This document shows positions 27,483 to 32,000 of a stretch of 32,000 nucleotides of DNA, one piece after another. Origin of the DNA: Candidatus Saccharimonadota bacterium (GTDB taxonomy: Bacteria > Pseudomonadota > Gammaproteobacteria > Enterobacterales > Enterobacteriaceae). Under the pieces are notes generated by a model. It saw nothing but the letters and a program-made list of their open reading frames with translations, searched no databases and was not told the DNA's origin. Numbering within the stretch: the stretch's first letter is position 1; every line of letters begins with the position of its first letter. The position numbers were made by a program, and so were the translations under genes. Where the stretch lies: positions 30,001-62,000 of the forward strand of contig CP024013.1 of the NCBI GenBank assembly GCA_002688505.1, in the 5' to 3' direction.

Positions 27483-29603
27483 TTATTTTAAATAAATATT
27501 ATATATATATGAAAAATCCATAAATTTAAGAAATAATAAAAAAATTTTTTTTAAAATAATTAATCTATAATGTTTTAATAAAATATTATTATTATATATT
27601 TTAGTATTATTTAAAAAATAATCTATTTTAAAACTAAAATCATAATAAATTCTAAATAAATAATTATATTCTTTATTATAAATGTATTTATTAACCTGAT
27701 ATAAAAATATTTTATAACTATTAAATAAATCTATATCTTTTTTATATTTTAAATCTAAAAAATTAAATTTTTTTAATAATAATTTATTAATATTAATAAT
27801 ATTTTTTAATCTTTTATTTATAAATAAAATATATTTAAATTCATAATTCATATTATTTTTATAAAATAATATGAAATCCATCCTATTTTTAATTTCTAAA
27901 ATATTAAATAAATTTATACTAATAAAAGAATTAATTAATAATTTATTATATCCTAATTTTAAAAAATATATAAAACAACGCTTAAATATAAAATTAATAA
28001 TTAAAACAAAATTTTTTATTTTTTTATTTAGAATATTACTATATTTAAATAGTTTAAATATATATTTAACTAATTTAAATAAATTTAAATCAATATTTTT
28101 AAACAAAATAATTTTTATTATACATAAAGATAGTCTTCTTAATTCATAAGGATCATTACTTTTACTAATATAATAAAAATTTTTTAATGATGATATTCCT
28201 ATTAAAGTATCTAATTTATCACATAAAGATATTATATAACTATATATATTATTAGGTACATTATCATTAAAATTTTTAGGATAATAATGTTGTTTTATTA
28301 TTAAAGAGATATTATTATCTTTTTTATCTAAATTATAATAATACATACCTATAAAACCTTTTAATTCATTAAATTCTTTACATAATAAAGTTGATAAATC
28401 ACATTTACATAAAATTATACAATTATATAATATATTTATATCTAAATTTAAATTTAAATTTTTATATATATATTTTGCTAAATATAATAATCTAGTTACT
28501 TTATTCAAATAATTACCAAGATTTTCATAAAAAATTATTTTTTTAAGATCAGGTAAAAAATTTATTAGAGATTTTTTTCTATCATTTATAAACAAAAATA
28601 CAGTATCATTTAATTTAGATTCTATAACATTATTATAATTAAATAATACATTTTTATAAGAATCTAATTTTGTATCTAAAATTAACAAATATTTATTACT
28701 TAAATTATTATTAATATCTAAAGTAAATAAACAATTTTGTTGCCTTAATATATGACATATAACCTTATAAGGTAAACATAAAAATTTTTTATTAAACTTT
28801 GATAATTTTACAATAGGATATTCTGATAAATTTATCAATTTACAAAAAAATAATTTATTTCTTTTTATAAATAAATTATTTTTATTTAAAATTTTATTAA
28901 TATACTTATTAAGTATAAGTTTTCTTTCATAAAAATCTACAATTACTTTACCTTTATTTTTAAGAAACTTTAAATAATTAATAGCATTATTTAATAAAAT
29001 ATCTTTATTATTAATAAATTTATGACCTTTAATTATATTATTAGATTTAATATTAAATATTTTAGTTTTTATAACTTTATCATCAAACATAATAACTATA
29101 TTATTAATAGGTCTAATAAAATAATAATTTTCTTTTCCTCATCTCATAAAATTATTATTTTTTTTTAATTTAGATAAAATTATAAATAGAAATTTTTTTA
29201 TAAAATATGAAATATTTTTTTTATTTATATTTTTAATATAATAAAAATTTCTTTTATTATTAATATCTTTATATTTTAAAATATTTAAATTAATATTATT
29301 ATATTTACATCATGATAAAACATTTTCATTATATAAATAATTATAATTTTTATTTAATTTAATTTTAGGACCATAAATTTTTATCTTATCAAAATTTAAA
29401 TTTTGGTAATAATTTAAATTATAAATTAAACAAGAAATTCTTCTTAAACTAATAAAATAAAACTTTTTTAAATAATTAAATTTATTTAAAGATAATAATT
29501 TTATAATATATTTAAGAAAATCCTTACCTATACTTTTTAAATTAATTAAAGGTAATTCTTCAGTATATATTTCTATTAATAAATTTCCAATATTTCTTTT
29601 CAT
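27483..29603 (-). CDS. glyS: glycyl-tRNA synthetase beta subunit
   Basis: ORFs 29310-29603 and 27483-29090 are in one frame with no TAA/TAG between them. N-terminus LIEIYTEELP resembles LVEIGTEELP. GHKF, DPYELRRLSL. The conserved MRWG...FIRP motif is encoded one frame off in block 29101-29160 (see findings). Confidence 0.9.
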
Positions 29604-29634
29604 ATAAATATTATAATTTAAAAAAAAATTAAAT

Positions 29635-30507
29635 TTAATATAAATTTTTATTCTTTAATTTAGTAATAGCAATTTTACAAAATAAATTTCTAATTTTAAA
29701 AATATATTTTTTTCTTTCAAAAAGAGAAAAATATTCTTTAGAATCTAAAATATTAAAAATATTTACAACTTTTAAAGCATATTCATAAGAAACTATTAAT
29801 AATGGAACTTTTATATTTAATAAATTTAAAGATTCATTCATATAATTATTCATACAATCTACTAAAAAATCAATATTTGATTCATAAAAATTATAAATAG
29901 ATTTACTAAATTCAGAATTTCTAATAATATTTTTATATTTAATAACTTTATTATTAATTTTACTTCAAATTATATTTAAAATACTATTAATATTTTGTAA
30001 ATATAAACATAATCTCTCTAAACCATATGTTATTTCAACTATAACAGGTATACAATCTATATTAGCCATTTTTTGAAAATATGTAAATTGTGTTATTTCT
30101 ATACCATCTAATCATATTTCTCATCCATAACCATATGCACCTAAAGTAGGATTTTCTCAATTATCTTCTATAAATTTTAATTCACAATTATTTAAATTAA
30201 TACCTAAATATTTTAAAGAATTAATATATAATTCTTGAATTTCTAAAATTGAAGGTTTGATTATTACTTGAAATTGATAATATTGTGATAATTTATTAGA
30301 TAAAAAATTACCAAATTTACTATCTATAGGTCTTCTACATAATTGTATATATGAAAAAAAAACATCATATTTTTCTATTGAACTAAAAAATGTTATAGGA
30401 TGAAAAGTTGCTGCACCTATTTCAATATCAATAGGCTGAATCATACAACATCCTAATTTATTTCAATATTTAAATAATTTAAAAATCAAATTTTCAAAAG
30501 TTATCAT
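29635..30507 (-). CDS. glyQ: glycyl-tRNA synthetase alpha subunit
   Basis: Hand translation is continuous (290 aa) with TGA=Trp at conserved sites. [77 protein letters not shown]. Confidence 0.95.
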
Positions 30508-30611
30508 AATTTTATAAATATTACAAAATATCAAAATTTAATAATAAATAAAATAATAATATATACATAATATATGTAATATTTAATTATAAACTATATA
30601 TTACTTTTATA

Positions 30612-30977
30612 CTACTCTAAATCTCTATTTAAAATTTCAATATAAGCCATAGGAGCATTATCTCCTTTTCTAAAACCACATTTTAATATTCTTACATAAC
30701 CACCCTTATAATCTTTAAATCTTGGTGCCAATATAAAAAATAACTTATTTACTACATTTTTATTACCTATTTTAGAAATTAATTTTCTTCTATTAAATAA
30801 ATTATTATTTTTAGAAATATTTAATAAAGGTTCAAAAAATCTTCTTAATTCTTTAGCTTTAAATAAAGTAGTTTTTATTATTTCAAAATTTACTAAAGAA
30901 ATAACCATATTTTTAAACATAGATTTTCTATGACTACTATTTCTATTAAATTTACGACCAATTTTTTTATGACGCAT
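30612..30977 (-). CDS. rplQ: 50S ribosomal protein L17
   Basis: [24 protein letters not shown] resembles E. coli [47 protein letters not shown]. The ATG at 30977 is preferred over the TTG at 31001, which would abut the rpoA stop. Confidence 0.92.
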   Translation of the reverse strand: MRHKKIGRKFNRNSSHRKSMFKNMVISLVNFEIIKTTLFKAKELRRFFEPLLNISKNNNLFNRRKLISKIGNKNVVNKLFFILAPRFKDYKGGYVRILKCGFRKGDNAPMAYIEILNRDLE

Positions 30978-31001
30978 AAATATTTTATTAAACCTTATCA
31001 A

Positions 31002-32000
31002 TTATTTATTATCTATTTTTTTAGGAGGTCAATTTTTTAATTTCATTCCTAATTTTAAACCTTTTAAAGATAAAATATTTTTAATTTCAGTTAAAGATTT
31101 TTTACCTAAATTAGGTGTTTTTAATAAATCATATTCAGTTCTTTGTACCAAATCACCTATATAATTAATATTTTCTGTTTTTAAACAATTAGCAGATCTA
31201 ACAGTAAGCTCTAAATCATCTACAGATAATAATAACTCAGGATTAAATTTTACTTTCTTTTTCTTCTTTTTATTTGAAAAATTATCTTTTAATTCAATAA
31301 AAGATTTTAATTGATCATATAAAATAGTTGAAGACTTCTTTATAGCTAACTCAGGATCTAAAGTACCATTAGTTTTTATATCAATTATTAATCTATCTAA
31401 ATCATTTCTATCTTTAAATCTAGCTGACTCAACTATATAAGATACACGTCTTACAGGAGAAAAATATGAATCTAAAAATAATTTACCAATTAATAAACTA
31501 TCTTTATTTTTAAAATAATTCTTTCTATCATAAGAAGAAATAAAACCTATACCCAATTCAATTTTAATTTTCATATCAATTGATGAATTTTTATCTGTTA
31601 AATGACATATAACATGATCTTTATTATATATATAAATATTTTCATCATATGAAATATCAGAAGCTGATATATTACATATACCTTTTTTACTTAAATAAAC
31701 ATAAACATATTTATCATTATTGTTTATTCTTACATATAAATTTCTTAAATTTAAAAGAACTTCACTAATATCTTCTAATAAACCATCTTTAACATCATAT
31801 TCATGTAATATACCATCAATTTCAACTTCAGTAACAGCATAACCAGGCATAGAAGATAATAATATTCTTCTTAAAGAATTACCTATAGTATGACCAAAAC
31901 CTCTTTCTAAAGGTTCTAAAATTATTTTAGAATAATTGGTTGATATTCTTTTAATATCTATAATTTTAGGTTTTAAAAATTTATAAGGAAATTCAAACAT
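31002..32000 (-). CDS. rpoA: DNA-directed RNA polymerase alpha subunit
   Basis: The ATG is exactly at the window end (31998-32000). [29 protein letters not shown], and alpha-[17 protein letters not shown]. The track ORF ends at TGA 31029-31031, which is the conserved W of ...LKNWPP. The true stop is TAA at 31002-31004. Confidence 0.95.

Overview
This is a densely packed housekeeping region from an extremely A+T-rich, highly reduced bacterial genome. Several intergenic spacers contain almost no G or C (judged by eye, not computed). The genome reads UGA as Trp (translation table 4). Nearly every 'broken' gene in the standard-code ORF track becomes one continuous, alignable gene once in-frame TGA is read as W, and every real terminator I traced is TAA or TAG.

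The gene content is proteobacterial: clpP-clpX-lon, glyQ-glyS, hisS-der, dnaK-dnaJ, rpoA-rplQ and a type-A RNase P RNA. Together with the composition and code, this fits an obligate insect nutritional endosymbiont of the Candidatus Zinderia/Nasuia type. That identification is an inference, not a database result.

I call 28 protein-coding loci (including one edge fragment and one unassigned ORF), one tRNA (Arg-UCU), RNase P RNA, and two tandem duplications of about 80 bp. I see no mobile elements, CRISPR, defence, toxin or secretion genes, and no recognisable novel multi-gene system. The only unassigned ORF encodes a small predicted membrane protein at 11047-11485.

Four things deserve a second look:
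- An 80-bp tandem duplication frameshifts trxB at an A18 tract.
- An 82-bp tandem duplication frameshifts the small membrane ORF.
- Four blocks of about 60 nt (three in pgi, one in glyS) carry the conserved protein sequence one frame off from their flanks. All four start at window coordinates congruent to 1 mod 60, which points to a sequence-record artefact rather than biology.
- Long homopolymer tracts sit inside essential genes, and gene ends abut or overlap.

All translations and alignments to E. coli homologues were done by hand from memory.
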